Positions 1-11,966 of a stretch of DNA of 64,000 nucleotides are shown here, one piece after another. Source of the DNA: Lytechinus pictus (taxonomy: Eukaryota); the NCBI RefSeq assembly GCF_037042905.1, contig NC_087247.1, positions 71,052,001 to 71,116,000 of the forward strand, given 5' to 3'. The position numbers and the translations under genes are program-made. The notes beneath the pieces are model-generated. The model ran no database searches, was not told the origin of the DNA, and saw nothing but the letters and a program-made list of their open reading frames with translations. Positions within the stretch are counted from its first letter, which is position 1. Every line of letters begins with the position of its first letter.

Positions 1-306
1 CTGTAATATTAACAATTTGTGGAGATTCCATGAGAAATCCGATTGCCGCCCAAGTAATAAATAAGCCAGTGTCAACGCATGGTCCATGTATTTGATAATC
101 ATTGTCAAAGTTCCTAGATCTTCCGGGAAGATTATAGATGAATGTTTAATGGCAGAGTTAATTATCACTTACTAAGCCATAATTTATTTCAAAAAGGTTT
201 ACAACTTATTTTATGACTTTGATAAACCGAACTGCAGTCTTTATCTTCGATGTTTTATGGGATATGGATATTTTAACATTGAATGCTCTTCCTCTTTTGT
301 TTTCAG

Positions 307-401
307 GAATATCTGGTGAAATATCGATTGATGAGAATGGAGATCGCGATTCTGATTACTCTCTTTTGGAAATGACCGATATTGAGAACGGAACTTTTGA
401 G
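307..401 (+). CDS. Receptor guanylyl cyclase (NPR-like) exon: C-terminal part of extracellular ANF-receptor ligand-binding domain
   Basis: Acceptor ttttgttttcag (AG 305-306), donor GAG|gtaagc at 402; encodes GISGEISIDENGDRDSDYSLLEMTDIENGTFE with the GxxGxxxIDxNGDR motif. Confidence 0.93.
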
Positions 402-862
402 GTAAGCATATCATTATCGATTTATATCGTCCCTAATTTTTTGCATTCCATTTACCCTCAAGTATTCATGCAGTCAGATCCTTGGAGGAGGCGTGAAATT
501 AAATTGGCGGAAGGTCACTCAATATTTTGTAATCGACTGGAATTCAAATGAAAAATTATAGAACAAGAGAATAAGAATAACATGACATCAAAAACATGAA
601 ACACAGCAAAATAATTGAAATGGTTAAACAAGGTAGATACTGAGATGAAAACACACTGCTAAGATTCCAACAGTTGGAAGCTTTAAAGGTTTTTAAAAGA
701 AGGGGATCAGTAAAACACATTAACAATTAAAACTAAATCAAAATTAAAAATTATTAAAACATTCAATGGAATCACACAAGAAACAAACTATTCAAACTTG
801 TGCCTTTTTAACGAGTGAATATTGGTAATCGGAAATGGATATAGTTTTAGTCATTTATGCAT

Positions 863-881
863 GGATAGATAGTTGGAAATG

Positions 882-919
<38 letters not shown>

Positions 920-926
920 TATATAT
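863..926. repeat. (GATA)n microsatellite
   Basis: Run of agatagatagat... followed by short (TA)n. Confidence 0.9.
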
Positions 927-3629
927 ACAGAAAGACAGGGAGAAAGAGAGAGGGGGTGGGAGAACGAGAGAGACGGAGAGTGATTGAATGGGGGGGGGGT
1001 ACACCAAGCGAGGTGGATAGGCGACAAGATACAAATTGAAAGGCCAATGTACATGGTATACAGACAAATAAAAAAAAACTAAAGTAAATAGTGTTACTAG
1101 TTGAAAGCAGAAACAAATGAAGTATGGATTAAAATAATGAGTAAGTTAAAGCCACACAAAGATAAGAGAATAATTATGATGAGTGCCTAATCCTAAACCA
1201 TTGATCAAATAAATCCTTTCCATCTGCGTCACCTGACGGTACATACATCACCCAAATTTAGTTATGAAAATGGCGGATACAAATTACAACTTGTAAAATC
1301 AAGTCGATTGCAGGTGTTCGTATACCGTGTCCTGTACTCGTTAATCATATTTGCCGGACAAACCAGTCCATGAGTGTCTTGGTCGATTTGGCATGAGAAA
1401 GAACCCTGGGATTGAGATTGGTCCTTTAAACTTACTAGTTTCGCTAGCAATCCTTCTTTCTGTCATCCCTTTTCTCTTTTCACTTCATTTCGTATAAAAA
1501 TACATTATTATTCCAAATACTCGTCTTGTCTCTCTATCAGTGTGATGTTTTATTTTTTTATGTTTCTCTGTACTCCTTTGTGTCCCTTTGATGTATACAC
1601 GTATAAACAACTCGTCTAGTACAAATCCAATTGTGATTATGTGTAGTTGTGTGATATTTTCTTTATCCTCCCCGGATTTCCTTCGTTCTTTTTCTCTGTG
1701 TTTATTCGTTCAGCTCACTTCTTCCATTTTATTGCAGGTTTATTGTATATAAAGGCTCTTGCCACAACCCTATCTCTAACTCTGATCTTTCTGTAACCAT
1801 CCTGTTAACCCGCAGTCATCCACCTTTCATCAAGGCACGTCAAATATTCATGAAAGAGCTCCCTCTTGTGTTAGCATGAGTGACAACAGTATTTCTGATT
1901 CCATCTGTTCTCGAGTATGTTCGCGCCAGTCACATGCATCTACTGTATTGCTGTGATATTATATGAATAAAGTTTAATAATTCCATTGCACATCAATTTA
2001 AAATGTTTAATATTTGTGTTGGTTAATTGGGGTAAAATGTTTGTAGATTCGTAGCAAATTTACATATTTTTTCATTATAATAAGATATATAAAATCTAAA
2101 TCAATGGTTGAAAATGTTAATTAGTATAATGCAGTAACTAAATTATCATAATGAGCAACCTGACAAATTGTTCTCACCATTTACATGATTAGAGTGCATG
2201 TACATTTGAAGCATACGAAGCCAAATTTATTCGACCTATGTTAAGGGGTATTATCCGTGGACGAACTGATTTAAGGTAAAAAAGAATAATTATCAATTTG
2301 AGCCAAATGGGAGTATTTTGAGTTCATATAAAATACAATTGAATAATTAAATATGTTCATATCTACAGTAGATGGAAGTGATAAAATAACACACCCATCA
2401 ATACGAAGCCAATATCTACAGCATGATGTGTGGGCTAAATGTCAACTGCAAAAAGAGTAAACGTGTAATGACAGCTTTGTCATAACATAATGTCCCATAT
2501 AGCAGTGGTACGCGTTTGTGCCGTGAAATGAAAACATTTCCATATTGTGTTTTCTTTGCCGGTCTGTCCTTCCTTACAATCATGTGCATGGCAGAGTTTG
2601 ATCGGACCTGTTAATTGATATCAAAACAATATTTATGAGAGGTAGTTTATGAGATCAGGAGTGTTATCGGGGGCGGGGCTATTGCTTGGATATGTGGATT
2701 ATGTACACCTCTATGGAAGGAGAAGGAAAGAGTCATCTAATCCGTCATGTAGTATAGATTGAAATAAAAAAATGATGTAATAGTTACTTCGTTGGTTAAA
2801 AGTAAGGTAGATAGGTAGGTAGGTAGATATATAGATAGACAGATATGATAGATAGAGATATATAGGTGGTAAATATTATTAGATGGAAATATAGAAATTT
2901 GGGTCGTTACAGATAAATAAATAGATGGATCGATATAGAGGAAGAGATATTCAAGTTTATGTTGTCCAAATAATGTTTGAGCAAAATCTGGAGTTTTTAA
3001 CTATTAAAACATATAAAATGGTCACAACCTATTTCATTACCATTCCAGTGCACATTATAAAAATAGGCCAAGCATCGCTCGAGAGGAAAAGGGGATAATT
3101 CAATTTCTTCATGATAGCACACATAATTGAATTCCCGCTTGGTTTTTCGACGTTAGTGTGAGAATGAACGCAGAGCCTGGAGGAAATCATCCTAATGTTA
3201 GAATCAGACATGTTCCCTTGAGAAGCCACACACTTCCCCCTCCCCCATCCCTACCTCTCCGCTAAGCCTTAGGGTGGAGCCACATTGCTATAGAAACGTT
3301 AGGTTTTCAATAATAGCAATTGAATGTTTTCATCCTCCCCGAGCATAATGATAATAGACGTACGAGTTTGGTCCGTTAGCCACATAGGAATGGAATTGAA
3401 GTGTAGACAGGCTATTGTTACATAATTATTTGTAATGTTTGTTCTTTTCTCAATCAGAAGTGATGAGGAATTAATCTTAAGTCGAATTGTATACATTGGG
3501 CAACAGTGCAGGATAAGATACTATCTGATCAAAGTATGATGTGTATATCAGGGGACGCGGACCGGATTTGAAAGTGGAGGGCTTACCGGGGGCTTACCAT
3601 GTCGTCACCGAATCCACGAAGTGGCACAC

Positions 3630-3762
3630 TACCACCATCCGTTGCAGTACTAGCGGTACGTTTTCTGCATGCGCGCGCCTCTATCCGAAATTGTCGAATT
3701 AGTGCGCGTTCGCAACCACCGCGCGCAGAAACGTACCGCTTGTACTGCGACGGATGGTGGTA
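3630..3762. mobile_element. MITE-like hairpin element, ~130 bp
   Basis: Arms TACCACCATCCGTTGCAGTACTAGCGGTACGTTTTCTGC / GCAGAAACGTACCGCTTGTACTGCGACGGATGGTGGTA; ~39-bp inverted repeat with 2 mismatches and 1 indel. Confidence 0.7.
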
Positions 3763-4479
3763 TAGTAGCTCGGCTATGGCTAACCACTTGCTGAGCAACC
3801 AAGCATGCGCTGAGCAATACTGTTCATCTTGGTTTATGGTGCTCAGCCGAGCAAGGAGTTTCACTCATTTGCGCATGCTCGAGGCAGCATATATCCAACT
3901 AACAGACCTGATTCTGTGCCGCCAGAAGGGAGTTCGTAAGAACCCTTGCGTTATAGTTGCTTCGCTTCAATTTACGGCTGGTACTAAGCCTAACTTGTTT
4001 ATCTTGACAGCCGAGCATGGCTCGCCATTTAGCGTCCATTGCCTAGTTTCGGTTCTATTATATATTGTTTTGCTCTAGCGTGTTAGTCATTCATTCGATT
4101 TCGCTCCGATGAGTGCATGTCGAAAAGTTACAGTATGTCCGTTTTTAAGGCTAATTTACCATTTTGCGGTATCAAACACTTATTTAAATTAAAAGATACT
4201 TAACATTTACCTTTCACGTGATTTTGGGACGTTGTGCCACTTCATGGATTCAAATTGTACAAAATAACAATCATATAGTATATGCCCCAGCCCCCTATTC
4301 CGTTCCCCTTATGAACAGACGTGTTTTTGACGACAGAAACGGATTTTGAATTCTCTTTTTTTTTTGTCACATCATGGGCACTGACGAAGAGTGTCAGTTT
4401 ACCTTTAATTTTTGAGAGCTATGCTCCTTTAAAATCTACGATATTATTTCTACGGCATTTTCTAAACTATTTGTGATTA

Positions 4480-4517
<38 letters not shown>

Positions 4518-5131
4518 ATATTGTAGCCGAACCGACTTTCTTTCGTTTCGGCTGCAATTTACAACCGATTGGTGTTAAGTCCGTTTTTCTCACTTCTGAC
4601 TCTTTGCTCCTTCTCAGTATAACTTACGATTATATCTCATGGATTTCAACATCTCCGTTATTCCGTATCTCCATTATCTCAGTCATTCCAGTATTCTTCG
4701 TAATTTAAGTATTTCGGTATCTCAATAATTTCAGTACTTTCAGTTCCTCACTCATCTCAGTGTTTCAGTATCTCCGTAAATTCAGATTTCTCACTCCTTC
4801 TAGTCAGTACTTCCAACACCTTCGTACAGATATTTGTGCAGAAACCTCAGTCGATAGAATTGGATCTTGTTTTAAAAACAGTTAAAGTCATGAAAGAAAA
4901 CTTTTCAGCAACGGTAATGGTAATTTTCACTACTATTTATACCCGAAAAGTAAAGAATAATTAAAAAAATACATAATTAACATAATCGTACAGGTGTAAA
5001 CATCGACTTATTTCTAAGCAAGTAGTGCTTAAATGCATGTTAGAAGAAAATCTGTAGATAATCGATTACAAACGATTACTGAATTTCGATATACAACTAT
5101 ATACATGGATTAAAAACAGTTTCATTTTGTT

Positions 5132-5165
<34 letters not shown>

Positions 5166-5168
<3 letters not shown>

Positions 5169-5984
5169 TGCGTCCCACAAAAAAACGAAACCGAGATTTA
5201 TCGATGATTTATCATTACTTACAAATCACAAATACAATAGACAAATGACCTACCATTGTAAAGCTTAGAATATCCTCTTTCATCTGAAAGTACTTAGATT
5301 ATTTCTAATTCACGCATGAGCGAGCAAAAACATTTTTGAAGAGGGGATACCAAAAAGTCATTTATGCGGGCTATATTTGGGTTTCAAAAAGAAAACCACA
5401 TTTCTAAAAAGTTCAATATCTGCTCTTTAATTTGATACCTCAATTACAGAAAAGGGTCAATAAATAACAAAGTTCTGTTTTTTTTAAATAAGGCTTGAAT
5501 TTCAATAATTTCATAAAATTAAGATGTTCTCCAGGCTAGCGTTCAAACTCACTTGACACTCCGTTTTGTTGACGATCAGCCATGCATTAAGTCTTTTGTT
5601 AACCATGCGATAGCTTCCGTGGGAAACCGGTGAAAACACGTTTATTTAATGAAATTATGGAAATACAAGCATTGTTTCGAGTACATAACTTTTTTACTTC
5701 TTGACCATTTTTTTGTGATTAAGGTATCAAATAAAAGGGCAGATATTGAACTTTTTAGGCATGTGATTTTCTTTTTGAAATTGAGACACCCCCCGCCAAA
5801 TGAGTTTTTGGTATCCTTTCTTCAAATTGTTTTTGCTCACTCATGCGCGAATGGGGAATAATTAAAGTAATATCAGATGAAAGAGGAGATTCTAAGCTTT
5901 ACATTGGTAGGTCATTTGTCTTTTGTGATTAAGTTATGATAAATCCTCGCTTAATCTCGGTTTCGTTTTTTCTGGGACGCACTG
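5166..5984. mobile_element. Non-autonomous long-TIR DNA transposon (TA-flanked; Tc1/mariner-like or Academ-like)
   Basis: Termini CAGTGCGTCCCACAAAAAAACGAAACCGAGATT / AATCTCGGTTTCGTTTTTTCTGGGACGCACTG, flanked by TA repeats; imperfect inverted arms extend roughly 350 bp. Confidence 0.88.
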
Positions 5985-5994
5985 TATATATATA

Positions 5995-6971
5995 AACCCC
6001 TCAAAAAAAGTTTGGAAATCTGAGTTTGGCCATTAATTTCTCCCAACTTCCAATTTTACACAATGCATATTTAATATCATTCAAAAGATCATTTAATTAT
6101 CTTTAAAATTATAATATGCTTGTTATGATCATGCCATCACGAAGAAAGTAGGATTCAAAAGTGTTGAATGAGGTCTGAATTGAAAAGCTGCAAAACGAGC
6201 AGAAATAGTCATGAAGGGTCAATTTATACAGAACATGCTTCTTGTCTGTGTCAATATTGATGAAAATCCATTCAAATCAAGCCCCTGCTTCTTCATTTTT
6301 TTATGTTTTGTTATGGTTTATGTAGTGATGGTTCTGTGAGATAACATGGTTTGAGTCGTGGTTTGAAATACCCATGTATGTTTGTTTGTTTGTTACGTGT
6401 TTGCTTGTGCAGAGGTGTGTTTGATTCCATGTTAATGTTGATGTTAAGGTGCATGAAAACAATTAAAAGAAACCGCTGAGAAACCCACTCATCACCACGG
6501 AAAAAGAACAGTGACTTTCAATATTGTCATTTTGCAACTTTTGAATTTTGACCTTGCCCCACATTTCAAGGCACTGCACCTCCATGTGAACCATAATCCT
6601 ATCATGTAGGGTATCATTTTAAAGAGAATAAAATGATCTAATCATAGAAATTAATTACACATTGATATTTACTAAAACCGAGGAGGGATTATCGATCAAA
6701 GTCAAAAGAAACCGCTGAGAAACTCACTCATCACCACGGAAAAAAGAACAGTGACTTTCAATATTGTGTCATTTTGCAACTTTTTAATTTTGACCTTGCC
6801 CCGCATTTCAAGGCACTGCACCTCCATGTGAACCATAATCATATCATGTAGGGTATTATTTTAAAGAGAATAAAATGATCTAATCATTGAAATTAATTAC
6901 ACATTGATATTCACTAAAACCGAGGAGGGATCATCGATCAAAGTCAGATTTCCATTCTTATTTTAGGAGTT
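5995..6971. mobile_element. Second non-autonomous TIR element (TA-flanked) with duplicated right subterminal arm
   Basis: Termini AACCCCTCAAAAAAAGTTTGGAAATCTGA / TCAGATTTCCATTCTTATTTTAGGAGTT; degenerate inner inverted similarity (GATCATTTAATTATCTTTAAAA vs TTTTAAAGAGAATAAAATGATC). Confidence 0.72.
6465..6945 (+). repeat. Direct tandem duplication, 2 x ~240 bp (6465-6703, 6704-6945)
   Basis: Both copies run AAAAGAAACCGCTGAGAAAC...ATCGATCAAAGTC with only scattered substitutions and small indels. Confidence 0.92.
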
Positions 6972-6972
6972 G

Positions 6973-7013
<41 letters not shown>

Positions 7014-7032
7014 GGCGTGTGTGTGTGTGTGT
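6972..7032. repeat. Compound (TA)n(TG)n microsatellite
   Basis: Direct reading. Confidence 0.9.
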
Positions 7033-7618
7033 AGAAGAGAGAAAAGGAGATTTCTTGGAGATTTCAATTATTATTCAATGATTCGAGGAATACATCACAG
7101 ACCAGTGTTCCTGTTCAAAATAAGGCACAAATGGAAAACACGAATACTTCATCAATGATACAATGAACTGTCTTACTATGAAAAATACTTTAACTAAATA
7201 ATTTATTTTCAAGAAAAATATTCATGAAAGTAAAGTGACCGTTCTTAAACCCAATCAAAATATGTATCAGATATAATTTAGAACAGAGTATGCATGGTAC
7301 GTAAGACGATTTCAAAGAGTTTCCGTGTGAAACTAATGATGAATATTATTTATCCCTTTTTAATGGATTTATTATTTCTTCACTTATAGCGCATGATAAT
7401 ATCAATAGTAATTGTATATATACTACAAAAATAATGAGAATCCAAATGAAAATGTTTATGAAAGAGTCTCTTTAGAGTAAGGAAGCGTTCAGATATTCAA
7501 CAATGTCGCTTTGAATGCATCAGATGATCTTAATTACAACAACATTATAATGTATATTGACATGCTTTGGTTTCCGCACTAGATCAAGGTCATGTGTTTG
7601 TTTGTTTCTCTCTCTGTC

Positions 7619-8205
7619 TTAAAGGGGCACTCCAGGCTCAAAATAACATCTGAATAAATTGAGTACCACTAAACAAGAAAAAGCACTGACATTTTCATCA
7701 AACTCTGATCAAAAGTAACGAAATAATTAAATCTTACAATTTTACAATATTTTTTGAAATAAATTATATGAATTTAAATTCGCCATAGATGGGCTGATGA
7801 TGTCATGTCCCTATTTTCCCTTGAGTTATTTCACCACAATCGTTCCATTTTACATATATGAGTACATGTGTGTATAAGGTGTATCCCTTGTAACAAAAAT
7901 AAGTTGCATTAATGATTATCTTCAACATAGTAAGTTAGTAGTCAACCATATTTTTACAGTTTTGGAAGACAAAATAAAAAATATATGTATAATTTCATTC
8001 AAAAGAATAAAGAAAGAATGGCGACATCAGCTAATCCATCGCTTGTTCATGAAAACGTACGTTTTACAGAAATAGCTTTACAGCTTTAAAATACCACAAC
8101 ATTATTATTTATTGTCCGACTTTTTGTTTTATATATTCAGTGTTTTCTTAATTTGATTTTACTTATCTGTTCCAATCAGACTATTTTCAGCTTTGAGTAC
8201 ACTTT
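7619..8205. mobile_element. Degenerate Kolobok-like non-autonomous element
   Basis: Starts TTAA-AGGGGCACTCCAGGCT, ends AGCTTTGAGTACACTTT (decayed inverted copy); internal inverted motifs GATGGGCTGATGATGTC / GACATCAGCTAATCCATC. Confidence 0.5.
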
Positions 8206-8206
8206 C

Positions 8207-8959
8207 TATCCTAAAACGACTGGGGGACATCGTGACCACTTCGATGTTTTGCGCAGTTTTTCGACACACAAAGAGATTATCCCGCGTTTTATGACTTTTT
8301 GAGGTCTTTTTCAATATTTGAGTTCGAAATTGCGACAAATTTTTTTGTCCAGCATCTCAACGTGATTTCCTTGAGACAATTGTTGTGCCAAAATAGTCGT
8401 TTTGGTATATAATTAGTCAGTAGAACACCAAATCATTGTTATTCATCTTATAGTTGTTATTTATTGTTTTTTCTTTATTTTTATTCTGTCATTCTTACTG
8501 GGTCTGATTGATAAATTCAAGATTAGTTGTGGTTGTTGAATGGTCTGTAATTGTAATTCATTGTAGAAAACGATTAAAACCAAAAGTTACAAAACAATGA
8601 AATATGTACGAATAAAAAACAACAGAAGAAACACATAAAAAGGACATGTATGACGTTCCAATTAGTCGTACTAAAAACCTTTCAAGAGTGTCAAAGCTGA
8701 CATCTGCAGAAAAGTCATTGATTGAAATATCAAGTGAAAATGAGTGTTTAATATGCAAATGATTTTCTTCAAGCATAAATTTGTATAGTTGATTAATGAC
8801 AAATAAAAAAACAACAGTTGTCTTAGATTTTATACAGGTTTGAAGTATTTCTTGTGAAGAATAATTATACGACGGCTTGGAACAAATGGATCATCATTAT
8901 CATACCCCCCCCCACCCGTCCTCAACACCTTCGAAATAGACCATTCCTTGTAAGGTCAA
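8207..8959. mobile_element. Highly degenerate piggyBac-like MITE
   Basis: Left end TATCCTAAAACGACTGGGGG and right end CCCCCCC...ATTCCTTGTAAGGTCAA resemble TTAACCCT.../...AGGGTTAA termini; poorly conserved. Confidence 0.3.
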
Positions 8960-9676
8960 GGTTCATCTTGTTAATCAATGTCAGTGCGAATACGAAAAAA
9001 ATATTATTTTCGCAAGGATTTTTTAATTTTCTATCTCTATATTTACATCATACCAAACATCGTTTTGTCATTTACACGTTTATGAGGTAACTAGGCTTCT
9101 GAATCAGCAGCGAATGCCTGATGGTGACATTGTCGTTGTCAACAATCATCAGGCTCAGCGTAATCCTGAATGTTTATGATAATCTCCTGCAGTCTGTTTA
9201 ATACCAAACGAGGTTCAGGAGTTTCCGCCTCCACGAAGCACGATGCATTCGAGAACATAAAACATTTTCGCATGCCCTTCAAAGCACAACAAACAAGTCT
9301 TTGTCGAAAATTGGTAAATCAAAACGGCAGTTTTTTCCTGAATCTGGATAAACGATATATTAGATTTTTTTCATCTGCTTTGAAACTTCGGACAAAACTA
9401 CTTTTCCGGTTCACCATTTTGTTTAGAAAGACCTCTTAGGTTTTTGTTTTTTATTGGGGGGGGGGGGGATGTCATTTTGACGGTCAGTGTCAGTGCATTT
9501 ACCGTGTTTTTTCATTCTTCCCCTTTGTAGTTAGGAAAATTCCCGAGTATGTTTCTAGACCAACTCAGAGAAATGGAGGACTCTTCATCAACACCTACTC
9601 AAAATGTTATGTTTACCGCATCGGATTCCGAACCATCGTTAAAATGGAATGTGATTCAGTTAAGCGTTTAACTTAT

Positions 9677-9988
9677 ACCGTGTTTACACTTAATCGGCTT
9701 TTGGTTCAGAACCAAAAGCCGATGCAGAATCGGCTTTTGGTTCATCTTGCACTGCGTTTACACGTTGCATTTGCTCGCGGTTCAGAACCGGCTTTTGGGG
9801 CAAAACCCTGAAATGATCCGCGCACCAACAATATACGTCATAATAAAGACAACGCTGGATCCGTGCACTTACTTACTTTAGTGGTACAAATTGCCGGTTC
9901 TGAACCGCGAGCCGATGCAAGTTAATCGCGTTTACAAGCTATGAAAAAGCCGATGCAAAAGCCGATTAAGGGTTAGTGTAAACACGGT
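9677..9988. mobile_element. PIF/Harbinger-type MITE
   Basis: Perfect TIR ACCGTGTTTACAC / GTGTAAACACGGT; internal inverted motifs AATCGGCTTTT / AAAAGCCGAT and CTCGCGGTTCAGAACCGGC / GCCGGTTCTGAACCGCGAG. Confidence 0.8.
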
Positions 9989-11393
9989 AAATGTTGCATT
10001 AGGAGAATATAAAAGGCTGGCCAGGCGCGGGCCAGTGATTTACTGAACGGGTGTAAGTTATCTAACAGACAATGTTCTACAAGGATTTTCTCAGTCTGAA
10101 AAGTATTGACAGACTTATATCGAGTTCATCAACATGGACAGAGAGTAGAGTGGATCCACCATAAAGTATCAATCTTTCATTAAAATTCATTCACGAAAAA
10201 ACGTTACTCATTTCGCAGTTCTTATCAAATATAAGAATATCTTATAAAATATTTATTTATCAATCTCATTGTAAATCATAAAATGGATTATGAAAAAGCC
10301 TTACTGCAAGACAGTTCACACATTCCATTATTATTCAACAATAACAAAAGTATATCTAATCATTTGTCAGACAAACTGTACTTAATTGTTACAAGCTACC
10401 TGAAATTTAAACAAAATGGATTATTGGCTAATATAGTGAGAGAAAAGGGGTCAGAGAACGTGGAGCAACCAGTGGGAATAATGAAATAAGAGAGAGGAGT
10501 AAAGGGGTAATTTAGAAGAGAGACGAATAGTATGATTTAAAAGGTAAATACTTTATGCATGGAAATATATACCGGTGATGGCGCTATTCTTGAATAGGTT
10601 ACCATCTACTGTAGATGTTTGTATTTCGGAAGCAGCAGAAATCAGAACTCTCTATCGATTTATATTTCAAGATATATACATGAATTATTTTGTTAAAAAC
10701 ATGAAAATTTAGTTGTTTTGTTTTTGTTATTGTTTTTTTTTTTTTGCTTTCATGTAAAACTTCGCTCTTAGTATTAGTTCTACTTTGAGTTACTTGGAAT
10801 GAAAACATAGCGTATAGAGGTATAAATTTGATATGTTGGTGCTGGGGTCTCGTTAGTGCGTTAAGGGGGCCTTGATGCATGAAGGAGTCATCCGTTTGAT
10901 TAATCCCGATTAGAAAAGTCATTGTTTAGCAAATACAAACAAAATGAAGACAGTGCGTGACAGTATTTCTGCAATCAGTGTTTGTCTTTTTTGTCGCTGT
11001 TCACAAGTTTGTCTTCTTTTCAACCGTGTTTCCAGATTCGAAAGACCAAATACCAGAAATCTGTTCATCTCTATCCATAAAATGACCCGGGGGAGTTGAG
11101 GGTGGGTTCTTGCAGTCGTGCCGTTACCCCATGCATTGGCACGCACTATGTCTGTCTGTGGAGGGGTACAGTTAGAACTAACAAATCGTTAGTAATGCCT
11201 CGCCTGACTGGAAACCAAGATTTTAAAGTTTTCATTCATTCACATGCTCCTGAGATTGGTAGATTAGCCTCTAACCCTAATTGCCATCTTAGTTTTGGAT
11301 GAAGACACGTACCTTTTCATTCCTAACTTAATACGATGGTGTCACCTCTAGTTTACACATCCCTTCTCTGGCTCATGTACTTTGACATACACC

Positions 11394-11966
11394 CAGTGGC
11401 GTAGCTAGGATTTTTATCCTGGGGGGGGGGGGCACTGGGGGGTCCTTGCTTTTTCAGGGGGGTACCATTTTTTCTGGTGTGTGTGTGTATGTGTCACGGA
11501 TCCGACTATCGCCAATAGGGGACGGGGCCCGAAATTATCTTCACCTATATTTTCCCCGATCAGTCAGTCAGATTCGCATGTAACTAGATGATTACTGCGA
11601 ACGCCAAGCGCGAGCAGAAATTTATATTAAGCATTATCGAAAAGGGACCTGTTAAGGACTGCTTACAGTTACCCACAAAGACTGTATATATTTCAATAAT
11701 GGGGGCGCGAAGCGCAAGCAAAAAATTTATATAGTAACATGAAATTTTGTTTTGTTTTGCAAGTCTTCCCCTCACATTATATTTTATTCACTCCTCTAAT
11801 TTTCCTTTTCTTTTTTTCTTGTCTTTCTCCTTCTTTTCTTTTTTTTCTTTCTCCCTTTCTTTCTTTTTTTGCTCTGCCAATTTTTTTCAGGGGGGGCACC
11901 TGGGGGGGCACACCAAATCTCAGGGGGGGCACGTGCCCCCCATGCCCCCCCGTAGCTACGCCACTA
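11394..11966. mobile_element. hAT-type non-autonomous element
   Basis: TIR CAGTGGCGTAGCTA / TAGCTACGCCACTA; perfect 8-bp TSD CATACACC (11386-11393, 11967-11974); G/C-run subtermini. Confidence 0.9.

Noticed and set aside
213-551. 112-aa ORF as a standalone gene
   Set aside because: Only 307-401 is receptor-like and is bounded by splice sites; the rest is intron read-through
3583-4078. Overlapping 159-aa (+) and 93-aa (-) ORFs
   Set aside because: Open because the region is GC-rich and palindromic; no recognisable domain or splice context
9116-9154. Small hairpin GCCTGATGGTGACA...TGTCAACAATCATCAGGC as a miRNA
   Set aside because: Only ~39 nt, too short for a pre-miRNA, and no recognised mature sequence
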